From Candidatus Scatovicinus merdipullorum (GTDB lineage Bacteria > Bacillota > Clostridia > Oscillospirales > Acutalibacteraceae): 64,000 bases of DNA. The notes below the pieces were generated by a model. The model worked only from the letters and a program-made list of their open reading frames with translations, ran no database searches and was not told the origin of the DNA. The stretch lies in the NCBI GenBank assembly GCA_018712865.1, contig DVGH01000034.1, forward strand, positions 48,941-112,940, written 5' to 3'. Positions 44,937-53,232 of the stretch are shown here, piece by piece. The translations under genes and the position numbers were made by a program. The first letter of the stretch is position 1. Every line of letters begins with the position of its first letter.

Positions 44937-47900
44937 ATGAAAACATGGAAAAGGGTGGTATCGTCACTTCTGACATTTCTGATCGTGCTAAGCATGTTCA
45001 CGATCTGTACATTGGCGGCAGCAGCACAAACACCTGGACTCAACATCGGGAAACTGTATTTTAACAATACAGAAAATTGGGAACAGGTTTTAGCGTGTTT
45101 GCTGATGTCCGATGGAGAAACCTCCGTACAAGCCACACAAGCGCAAAGCAATGAATCCGTATTTTACGTAGAAATTGCTGAAAGTGTGGACGGTGTGTAT
45201 TTTTATGATGGCAACACGCAACGTACACAAACCATCACCGATTTTACTGACGGCCAAATCTTTATACCAGACGGTGGTACTCAGCAAGAAAACGGAAATA
45301 TATTCTTTAGCGGCACACTGGAACAATACGCTGTAAAAAACGTCATATTTATGATTGGCGACGGTATGGGGTCAGAACAAATCAAGGCAGGTAGCATCTA
45401 TAAAGGTGAAACGTTGCACATGCAACAAATGCCATACAGCACTATGGTCACCACTTATTCCAACAGCGGCATCACAGACAGCGCTGCCGCGGCTACAGCT
45501 CTTGCCACCGGTTATAAAACAGCTAATAACATGGTCGGCATGCTCGAAGATGGTACGAAAGTTGAAAATCTTGTAGAATTTTCAAAAGCCAGAGGCCTTA
45601 AAACCGGCGTAATTGCAACCCAGGTAACGCCGCATGCAACACCCGCAGGTTTTACCGCACACGTTTCAGCCAGATATTCTTATAATTCGATTGCGGCGCA
45701 GCAACTTACACAACAGCTGGATCTTCTGTTCGGCGGCGGTTCCTCTTACTTTGATACAAGGACGGAAGCCATTGAGGCCAACAATTATATATGGATCAAG
45801 GATCTCAGCGAGATCGCGTCTGTTCCAGCTGATAAAAACGTTCTGGGGACATTTTCCACGTCCTATATTACAGCGGACGATGAACCTCATCTGAAAGATA
45901 TGACCGCCGCGGGGTTGGAGCGTTTATCAAATGAAAATGGCTTTTTTACCATGATTGAGGGTTCCGACATAGATTCTTATGCGCACAAAAACGATATGGA
46001 TAAAATGCTTAAGGAGTTAATCGTCTTCGACGACGCAGTTGAAGTTGCACAGAAATATGTAGAAGATCATCCCGACACGCTGTTAATCGTAACAGCAGAC
46101 CATGAAACGGGCGGATTAAAAATTCCTGACAACGCAACGACAGAAGACCTGACTGACAATCTGTTCACAACCGGAAATCATACAGGCGCCGACGTCCCGG
46201 TATTTGCAAGCGGCGCAAGGGCATGGGAACTTTGCAGCGAACCTATCATAGATAACACGGAAATTCATGATTTTATTGCGGATGCCATAGAGGAAAGCTA
46301 TGGCTATGCACCACCCAAGGATTTTACAAATTACGACGCAAGGAAGATCTTTTTAGAATTGCCTGAAAGCTGGGAAGCTCCATTTGCTTATACCGAGGGT
46401 GCTATTTCTTTAGGAGAATTTCCCGGAGTAGAAATGACACATGAGGAAGACAATATTTATTCTATTTTGCTGCGGGATTACGACGGAAATACGGCCCCAG
46501 AAGATCTGTATATTCCGGGTGATGTAAACGGCAATGGAACAGTCACCATACAAGATGTATTAGATATACAAAAATATTTATCACGTTTAATAACATTTAA
46601 CGATGACGCACAGCTTGCTGCAGATATAAATTGCGACGGTAGCATCACCATCGAGGACGTACTGGAGATACAAGAATACCTTGCAAAAGAAGAAAACATA
46701 TATAACATTGGTACACAGGTATTAAAGCCTGGCGTTGCCGGTCTGTCTATCATATTTAGCAGCCAAAACGGATATCAAACAGAAAAAATTCCGTTTGCAG
46801 GTTTTTATAAAAAATATACCATTACGAACAATGAACAGACACAGACTGCCACAGGCGTATGGGAGGACTACACCCCTACATTTGGATCTGTCTATTTTGA
46901 AAAACCAGAATCCTGGGAAAACGCTTACTTCTATACATGGGGCGATGCATATTTTGGCGTATGGCCTGGTACAAAGATGCAGCAGGTAGAAGATAATATT
47001 TATTCCATTACTATTTCGGCAGATGATGTTTTGGAAACCACCTTAGAATTCAGTCTGGTCTTTAGCGATGGAAATACATACCAAACAATAGATATAGATT
47101 TTGCTGGACTCAATAAAATTTATAAGATTTTTGGCGGCGAAAATTCTAAAAAAGCGTACGGAAGTTGGTTTGATTACGATAGCAACAGCGGTGACGATCC
47201 AGATCCTGGAAACCCAATGACCATTTATCTGAAAGATGAAACCTCCTGGGATATTACAACAGATGACGCAATTATATCCGTTCAATGCGACAACGGGGAT
47301 ATGATCCCAATGACCTATCTTGGCTCTAAAATATGGTCTGCAACTGTCACAGATAATTATAAGGGTATTGTGTTTACAAGAAGCAATCCCAAGGACGGCG
47401 TTGTTTGGAATGCATTTTGTCCTGCCACAGCACGGGAAGAAAACGATATGTATTGTGTTACAGGCAGTACAACTGGCTATTGGGACAAATTTGACGGCAT
47501 AGTGGAACCTACCGATCCCACCGATCCGACAGACCCCACAGAACCATTCGATCCAAATCAAGACGACTCTAAAGAATTTGAAGATGTACCCAAAAAAGAA
47601 ATTTACCTTAAAGATGAAACCAGCTGGGGTATCCATTCTGACGATCCCGTTATTTTTGCACAGTGCGGCAGCAAAAAAATTATAGCCACCCCAAACGAAG
47701 ACAACACCGTTTGGACAGCAAGCGTACCGCAGGATTGGGATCTGGTTATTTTCAACAGAGTTGATCGCGATTCCGGCAGAGTGTGGAACAGCTTTCCAAA
47801 AACACCTGTAAGCATGGGCGAGAATAATATGTATGTTGCCACCTCCAGCTCTGAGGGTGCTTGGACAAAATACGAGCCTGCTCCTCCTGGAGAGGAAAGA

Positions 47901-48386
47901 GAAATTACTGTTTACTTTAAAAATATGCGTGGCACAGAATACTATATACCTCAGGTAATGATCAACGCGGAAGTATTTGACATGAAACTTTTGGATAATA
48001 ACACCGACTTAGGCACACTTGAAGCATCCGCCGATCAAACAGGGGGCTGGTATGCTTACACCTTTACCACCACACAGGAAACAGTAAATGTAACTTTTTC
48101 TAACTCATCCAATAAATACAATATGACCGCAGAGATAAGCACAGACGCATGGTTTTCAAACAAACGTTACGATTATACAAAAGACGAAAATCTCGTAGAC
48201 TATACTGCACTACACCATGCGATCGTACAGGCGCAAAAAGAAGTTTCTCCCACAGACACTCTGCTAGACGCATTAAGCGAAGCTCTTACGGTCTACAATT
48301 CCACATCTTATTCTGACAAAGTAACCGTCGACCAAGACGCAGTAAACACTGCCGAACAAACGCTTACTGCTATACTAAACAATTAA
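44937..48386 (+). CDS. Secreted multidomain alkaline phosphatase (PhoA family) with type I dockerin and multiple carbohydrate-binding-like modules
   Basis: Signal peptide MKTWKRVVSSLLTFLIVLSMFTICTLAAAAQ. PhoA motifs GDGMG, TDSAAAATA (nucleophile Ser), EGSDIDSYAH, TADHETGG and HTGADVPVFASG. Dockerin at aa 528-584. Six modules opening with a YF/YL-x5-W signature. RBS AAGAGG. Confidence 0.85.
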   Translation: MKTWKRVVSSLLTFLIVLSMFTICTLAAAAQTPGLNIGKLYFNNTENWEQVLACLLMSDGETSVQATQAQSNESVFYVEIAESVDGVYFYDGNTQRTQTITDFTDGQIFIPDGGTQQENGNIFFSGTLEQYAVKNVIFMIGDGMGSEQIKAGSIYKGETLHMQQMPYSTMVTTYSNSGITDSAAAATALATGYKTANNMVGMLEDGTKVENLVEFSKARGLKTGVIATQVTPHATPAGFTAHVSARYSYNSIAAQQLTQQLDLLFGGGSSYFDTRTEAIEANNYIWIKDLSEIASVPADKNVLGTFSTSYITADDEPHLKDMTAAGLERLSNENGFFTMIEGSDIDSYAHKNDMDKMLKELIVFDDAVEVAQKYVEDHPDTLLIVTADHETGGLKIPDNATTEDLTDNLFTTGNHTGADVPVFASGARAWELCSEPIIDNTEIHDFIADAIEESYGYAPPKDFTNYDARKIFLELPESWEAPFAYTEGAISLGEFPGVEMTHEEDNIYSILLRDYDGNTAPEDLYIPGDVNGNGTVTIQDVLDIQKYLSRLITFNDDAQLAADINCDGSITIEDVLEIQEYLAKEENIYNIGTQVLKPGVAGLSIIFSSQNGYQTEKIPFAGFYKKYTITNNEQTQTATGVWEDYTPTFGSVYFEKPESWENAYFYTWGDAYFGVWPGTKMQQVEDNIYSITISADDVLETTLEFSLVFSDGNTYQTIDIDFAGLNKIYKIFGGENSKKAYGSWFDYDSNSGDDPDPGNPMTIYLKDETSWDITTDDAIISVQCDNGDMIPMTYLGSKIWSATVTDNYKGIVFTRSNPKDGVVWNAFCPATAREENDMYCVTGSTTGYWDKFDGIVEPTDPTDPTDPTEPFDPNQDDSKEFEDVPKKEIYLKDETSWGIHSDDPVIFAQCGSKKIIATPNEDNTVWTASVPQDWDLVIFNRVDRDSGRVWNSFPKTPVSMGENNMYVATSSSEGAWTKYEPAPPGEEREITVYFKNMRGTEYYIPQVMINAEVFDMKLLDNNTDLGTLEASADQTGGWYAYTFTTTQETVNVTFSNSSNKYNMTAEISTDAWFSNKRYDYTKDENLVDYTALHHAIVQAQKEVSPTDTLLDALSEALTVYNSTSYSDKVTVDQDAVNTAEQTLTAILNN
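46518..46688 (+). other. Type I dockerin module (duplicated Ca-binding F-hand)
   Basis: GDVNGNGTVTIQDVLDIQKYLSRL...ADINCDGSITIEDVLEIQEYLAK. Two DxNxDGxxxxxD-type loops, each followed by a helix. Confidence 0.85.
47217..47876 (+). repeat. Diverged tandem duplication of a module of about 95 aa inside the phosphatase gene, separated by a PTDPTDPTDPTEP linker
   Basis: Copy 1 is aa 761-853 and copy 2 is aa 887-980. Both begin IYLKDETSW and share the ...QC...W.A.V......F.R....G.VWN.F.......N.MY... register. The linker is 47508..47546. Confidence 0.8.
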
Positions 48387-48456
48387 TGTGCAAATCTAAA
48401 CCATAACCACCCCCCTAAGAGGAGGGGGGAACTGATAAGCCGTTTATAAGGCCACG

Positions 48457-48492
48457 ACAAGAGCCAGTGCCTTTTGGGGCACTGGCTCTTGT
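48457..48492 (+). terminator. Strong hairpin downstream of the phosphatase gene (terminator-like, no clear U-tract)
   Basis: ACAAGAGCCAGTGCC-ttttgg-GGCACTGGCTCTTGT, a 15-bp perfect stem. It is preceded by a second hairpin CCCCCCT-aagagg-AGGGGGG at 48410..48429. Confidence 0.5.
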
Positions 48493-48640
48493 GCTAAACC
48501 AGCAACAAAAGAACAAAGCGTGTGATATCCTTAACGAAAAAATCAAAGCAAACCAAATAGATATAAAATCAGAAACTCTGAATAAAATTTCTGTTTTTAT
48601 TTTTCAAAACAAGGTATACTACGAATAGCGGGGGGATCGT

Positions 48641-49482
48641 GTGAAATATTTCTATGAAGTTGTAAAATATGAAAAAAATTGTCCCGGAAAGATTTTGATG
48701 CAAGATAAAGCAGGCTCGCGTTGCAATACAACGTTACATTGGCATAAGGAACTGGAATTTGTATATATAATCAAAGGCACGCTTAATGTAAATATTAGCG
48801 GGAAAAGTCTCCAAATTAAAGACGGGGATTTCTATTTTGCAAACAGCGAAGAAATCCATATCACCTCCGCTATAGACGATGATTCTATTAATAAATACAT
48901 TGTTATCTTGCTTTCCCATGATTTTATGCGGAATTACTGCAAAAAATTGGACAGCGTCATGTTTGATGTAAACGGCAGACAATCTGTAAAAGAACCACTC
49001 AAACAATGCTTTATTAAGCTTATAGATCTTAAGGAAAACGATAAAGACGACCCATATGCAGGCTTAAAAATCAACGCGCAAATCATGAATATTTACTACA
49101 TCCTTTTAAGCCAATGCATCGTTTACAAAAAAAGCCTTACAATGCGTATGTACCAGATTCCTTCACTTACGCAAAGAAGGTAATTGAATACGTAGGCCTA
49201 AATTATAAAAATGAAATTACGCTTAACGATATGGCTGCTCTTGTTGGCTTAACACCCGCATATTTTTCTAAATATTTTAAAAGAATAACAGAAAGCAATT
49301 TTACGCAATATTTGAATAATGTGCGCCTGGAGCATGCTTTACAGGACATGATATACGATAACCTATCGGTCACCGACGCAGCTTTAGAAAATGGTTTTGC
49401 AAACGTAAAATCCTTCATAACCTTCTGTAAAAAGGTATACGGCTGTACGCCTATGCATTATAAAAAACAATTTTCTATATAA
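48641..49482 (+). pseudogene. AraC/XylS-family transcriptional regulator interrupted by a frameshift in an A7 run
   Basis: ORF 48641..49183 encodes the cupin-type sensor domain (HWHKELEFVYIIKGTL...). ORF 49114..49482 encodes the double-HTH AraC domain (ITLNDMAALVGLTPAYFSKYFKR...GFANVKSFITFCKKVYGCTP). The frames join at AAAAAAA 49127..49133, and an eighth A would restore one 280-aa ORF. Confidence 0.8.
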
Positions 49483-49505
49483 TAGCAATATATTGGCCAT
49501 ACAAA

Positions 49506-49976
49506 TCAATATGGAATATTTACAACGTTTGTCACAATCCCTGCGTCTGTTATATCTACAATACCAAACGAAGCATACAGGCCATGCAGGCTTCCGGGAT
49601 TCATCACATACAACCCGTCCTCATAATCGGTCATAGCGGTATGGGTATGCCCAAACAGCAAAACATCGGCTTTTTCCTCCCGCGCGGCACAGTAAATATT
49701 GTAATATCCCATTTTGACTTGATACAGATGTCCATGTGTTGCAAAAATCTTCTTTCCCGCAACCGTCAGCACCTGCTTGGAAGGGAGCGACGACCCCCAA
49801 TCGCAATTTCCCCGTATGCGTACAATCATTTTTTCGGGAAAATCTGTAACCAACTGCGCAGACTGCTCCTCCCCATCGCCTAAATGAATCACGACCTCCG
49901 CCTTTGGCTGGGCGGTTACCACCCTGCGCAGCGTATCATAATCGCCATGCGTATCGGAAACGACCAATATCCTCAT
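49506..49976 (-). CDS. YfcE/MJ0936-family metallophosphoesterase
   Basis: MRILVVSDTHGD, HLGDG, GNCD, THGH and GHTH motifs. 156 aa. Confidence 0.88.
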   Translation of the reverse strand: MRILVVSDTHGDYDTLRRVVTAQPKAEVVIHLGDGEEQSAQLVTDFPEKMIVRIRGNCDWGSSLPSKQVLTVAGKKIFATHGHLYQVKMGYYNIYCAAREEKADVLLFGHTHTAMTDYEDGLYVMNPGSLHGLYASFGIVDITDAGIVTNVVNIPY

Positions 49977-50067
49977 ATTTTTTACACCCCTGTAAGTAAA
50001 AGTATATTTTTTCTGCCTACTGCATAATATGTGCTGTAGGCCTTATTTTTATAAAGGTGGTGCTTAT

Positions 50068-50325
50068 ATGCAAAACAATGGTAAAAACCAAAACAACGAA
50101 CAAATGCAAAATTTAATAAATACCGTTTCCCAACGTCTGGGAACAAATCCTGAAGCGCTTGGAAAGGCCGCAAAACAAGGGAACCTGCAAAACCTTTTGA
50201 ATCAAATGGATCAAAACCAGGCAAAAAAAATTCAGCAAATTCTCAACGATAAAGAGGCCTCTGAAAAGCTTTTGAACACGCCGCAGGCAAAAGCACTTTT
50301 AAAAAAGCTAATGGGCGGCGAATAA
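50068..50325 (+). CDS. Small Gln/Asn/Lys-rich hypothetical protein (85 aa)
   Basis: MQNNGKNQNNEQMQNLINTVSQRLGTNPEAL.... Start at ATG 50068, 6 nt after AAAGGTGGTG. First of three co-oriented small ORFs. Confidence 0.6.
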   Translation: MQNNGKNQNNEQMQNLINTVSQRLGTNPEALGKAAKQGNLQNLLNQMDQNQAKKIQQILNDKEASEKLLNTPQAKALLKKLMGGE

Positions 50326-50393
50326 TCTAAATCTCCCATCGATCATTTAATGTAACACATTTAAACATCACAATGAAAGGAAGGTGACGCCCA

Positions 50394-50762
50394 ATGGATG
50401 ACCTGGCGGGAAAAATTTCTCAAATGCTTAGCGACCCCGAAACCCTGCAGCAACTAAAGGGGCTGACAGGCATGCTGCAAAAGGAAACGCCCGCCCCTCC
50501 GGCTGCGCCGGCCGCCCAGGAAACCCCTGCCGCCGGGACAGGAGGGCTGGACCTTTCCTCCGCGCTTTCAGGCGACACAATGCAAACCATCATGCGCGTT
50601 ATGCCTCTTTTAAACGAATTTAAAAAGGAAGATGCGTCTACACGCCTTTTGCACGCCCTACGCCCGTTTTTAAGCGACGCGCGCAAAAAAAAGCTCGACG
50701 AAGCTTCCAGAATGCTGCATATGATGAAATTGCTGCCTATGCTCAAGGGACTGCAGCTTTAA
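50394..50762 (+). CDS. Small hypothetical protein with Pro/Ala linker (122 aa)
   Basis: Strong RBS GAAAGGAAGGTGA. N-terminal helix, ETPAPPAAPAAQETPAAGTGG linker, and a basic helical C-terminus (LLHALRPFLSDARKKKLDEASRMLHMMKLL). Confidence 0.65.
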   Translation: MDDLAGKISQMLSDPETLQQLKGLTGMLQKETPAPPAAPAAQETPAAGTGGLDLSSALSGDTMQTIMRVMPLLNEFKKEDASTRLLHALRPFLSDARKKKLDEASRMLHMMKLLPMLKGLQL

Positions 50763-50784
50763 CAAACGCGGGAGGTGACAACGC

Positions 50785-51102
50785 TTGAGCGATACTATGG
50801 ACCGGATGCAGCAGGAGGCTGTCCGCCGAATGCACGAAATGCAGGCAAGATCCCGCCCGGCCGCCGGAAAGCCGCAGGCTTCCCCGGCAAGCCCCACAAA
50901 AGCTCCCCCTTCTCCTCCGGCGCCGGAGGGACTGCCTGCGATAGATAACAGCACGTTTGAAAACGAAAAGCCTGCAAAAGACCTTCTTGCAGGCTTTTTT
51001 GAAGACAAGGAACGCAACCTGATCTTACTTTTAATTTTGCTTCTTTCCAGCGAAAATACCGACAGCGGCCTGTTGCTTGCGCTGATGTACCTGATTATCT
51101 GA
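50785..51102 (+). CDS. Small hypothetical protein with Pro/Ala linker and hydrophobic C-terminal segment (105 aa)
   Basis: TTG start 6 nt after GGGAGGTGA. MQQEAVRRMHEMQARS helix, Pro-rich linker, C-terminal NLILLLILLLSSENTDSGLLLALMYLII. The 3' end overlaps the convergent proA end by 8 nt. Confidence 0.6.
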   Translation: MSDTMDRMQQEAVRRMHEMQARSRPAAGKPQASPASPTKAPPSPPAPEGLPAIDNSTFENEKPAKDLLAGFFEDKERNLILLLILLLSSENTDSGLLLALMYLII

Positions 51103-52339
51103 CCTGCCCGTCGCCGTTGATAATAAATTTCATGGAAGTAAGCTCATGCAGCCCCATGGGCCCTCTGGCATGGAGCTTTTGTGTGGAAATGCCAATTTCC
51201 GCGCCCATGCCGAACATGCCGCCGTCTGTAAAGCGCGTAGAGGCATTGACATATACCGCCGCGCTGTCTACACAGGCGGTAAACCTGCGCGCGCGTGCAT
51301 AGTCTTTTGTCACAATACATTCGCTGTGCCCGCTGGAATACTTTGCAATATGCGCAACCGCTTCATCAAACGAATCCACCACACGCACGGCAAGGATATA
51401 ATCCAAATATTCCGTATACCAGTCGTCCTCTGTCGCCTCGGCTACACGATCGCCCAATATTTCTATCGTCCGCGCGCAGCCACGAAGCTGCACATTCTTT
51501 TCATCCAGCCTTGCCTTGATCATCGGCAGGGCTTTTTGCGCGACGTCCTGGTGGACAAGAATGGTTTCTATCGCGTTACAAACAGACGGGCGCGACGTTT
51601 TCGCATTATAAATAATGTCCGCGGCCATAGCAAGGTCTGCGCTTTTGTCCACATATACATGGCAATTGCCCACGCCCGTTTCAATAACCGGCACGCGGGA
51701 ATTTTCCACAACGGCCCTGATCAGCCCGGCGCCTCCTCGCGGGATCAGCACATCCAGATAATCGGAAAGCGCCATCATCTCCATGGAAGACTGCCGCGTT
51801 GTATCCTCTACAAGCTGGATGCAATCCTTCGGCAACCCGGCGCGCTCTATCGCGCCGCGCATAATGGCCGCAATACAAGTGTTGGAGCAAATGGCCTCCT
51901 TTCCTCCCCTTAAAATAACGGCATTGCCAGATTTCAGGCAAAGCGCCGCAGCGTCCGAGGTAACATTGGGACGGGCTTCAAAAATAATCCCGATCACACC
52001 AAGCGGCACCCGTATTTTCCTGATTTCCAGCCCATTTTTAAGCTGTTTTCCGCTTAAAACCTCCCCAATAGGATCATCCATTTGCGCAATCTGGCGCACA
52101 CCCTGCGCCATCCCTTCTATACGCGCCTGCGTCAGGCAAAGCCTGTCAAGAAGCGCGTCTGTCAGACCGGCCTTTCTGCCGTTTTCCAGGTCCTTTGCAT
52201 TTTCTTTGCGGATCTGTTCGCTGTTGTCAAGCAGAGCCTGCGCAATTTCCAATAGCGCGTCATCTTTTTTGCTGCCTGCAACACGCAGCACTGCCGCCGC
52301 CTCTTTGGCCCTTTTTCCCATCTGTTCAAGAACTGTCAT
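51095..52339 (-). CDS. proA: Glutamate-5-semialdehyde dehydrogenase (gamma-glutamyl phosphate reductase)
   Basis: 414 aa. IFEARPNVT, catalytic Cys context NASTRFTDG / VCNAIETIL. Lies downstream of proB. Confidence 0.93.
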   Translation of the reverse strand: MTVLEQMGKRAKEAAAVLRVAGSKKDDALLEIAQALLDNSEQIRKENAKDLENGRKAGLTDALLDRLCLTQARIEGMAQGVRQIAQMDDPIGEVLSGKQLKNGLEIRKIRVPLGVIGIIFEARPNVTSDAAALCLKSGNAVILRGGKEAICSNTCIAAIMRGAIERAGLPKDCIQLVEDTTRQSSMEMMALSDYLDVLIPRGGAGLIRAVVENSRVPVIETGVGNCHVYVDKSADLAMAADIIYNAKTSRPSVCNAIETILVHQDVAQKALPMIKARLDEKNVQLRGCARTIEILGDRVAEATEDDWYTEYLDYILAVRVVDSFDEAVAHIAKYSSGHSECIVTKDYARARRFTACVDSAAVYVNASTRFTDGGMFGMGAEIGISTQKLHARGPMGLHELTSMKFIINGDGQVR

Positions 52340-52356
52340 ACTGGCTTCCTCCCTGT

Positions 52357-53154
52357 TTAATTGTTTATTTCACTGTTCGCCATAAATTTTGTTCCGATCT
52401 CTTTGCCTTCCAGCAGCGCATAAATATTTTCCGGATCGGTTCCGTTGATCACACAGCATTCTATCCCGCTTGCCGTAGCAAGCTCCGCTGCAAGCAGCTT
52501 TGTGCGCATACCGCCTGTTCCTCTGTTCGAACCGGTTCCGTCCGCCATTTTTTTTATAGCGCCGTCTATCCTTTCAACCTGCCGAATCAGCTTGGCATCC
52601 GGGTTTGCCTTTGGGTTTTTATCATATAACCCGTCAATGTCCGTTAATATTACAAGCTGCTGCGCGCCAATAATACTGGCTACAATGGCGGAAAGCATAT
52701 CGTTGTCGCCAAAATTCTGCCCGTCAAGCTCGTCGATTGCCACCGTATCGTTTTCGTTGACAATAGGGATAATCCCCATTTCCAGCAATGTATGAAACGT
52801 ATTGATTACATTCTGCTTGCTGTGCTCGTTTTCTATCACTCTTCTTGTTAAAAGCACCTGTGCAACCGTATGGTTGTATTCCCCAAAAAATTTGTCATAC
52901 ATAAACATCAATTCGCACTGGCCGACTGCTGCAAGCGCCTGTTTTTTGCGCGTTTCCTTTGGGCGCTCCTTCAGCCCCAGCTTGCCAATCCCCACGCCAA
53001 TGGCGCCCGAACTCACCAGAACCACGTCGTAGCCTGCATTCTGCAAATTACACAAAACCTTGCAAAGCTGCTCCATCCGCCTTAAATTCAGTCTGCCGCT
53101 TTCATATGTCAGAGTGGAGGTTCCCACCTTCACTACAAGCTTTTTTTCCTTCAT
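52357..53154 (-). CDS. proB: Glutamate 5-kinase (short form without PUA domain)
   Basis: KLVVKVGTSTLT, VLVSSGAIGVG, GDNDMLSA, TGGMRTK. 265 aa. Confidence 0.92.
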   Translation of the reverse strand: MKEKKLVVKVGTSTLTYESGRLNLRRMEQLCKVLCNLQNAGYDVVLVSSGAIGVGIGKLGLKERPKETRKKQALAAVGQCELMFMYDKFFGEYNHTVAQVLLTRRVIENEHSKQNVINTFHTLLEMGIIPIVNENDTVAIDELDGQNFGDNDMLSAIVASIIGAQQLVILTDIDGLYDKNPKANPDAKLIRQVERIDGAIKKMADGTGSNRGTGGMRTKLLAAELATASGIECCVINGTDPENIYALLEGKEIGTKFMANSEINN

Positions 53155-53203
53155 ACCCCATTACCTCGTCACATTTATCCCTGATAAAAAAGAATTCCAT
53201 TTG

Positions 53204-53232
53204 ATTATACCATAGATCAAACGGAATTTTAA
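53204..53232 (-). promoter_or_regulatory. Sigma-A-type promoter of proBA
   Basis: Minus strand TTAAAA-17 bp-TGgTATAAT (extended -10), about 50 nt upstream of the proB ATG. Confidence 0.55.
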
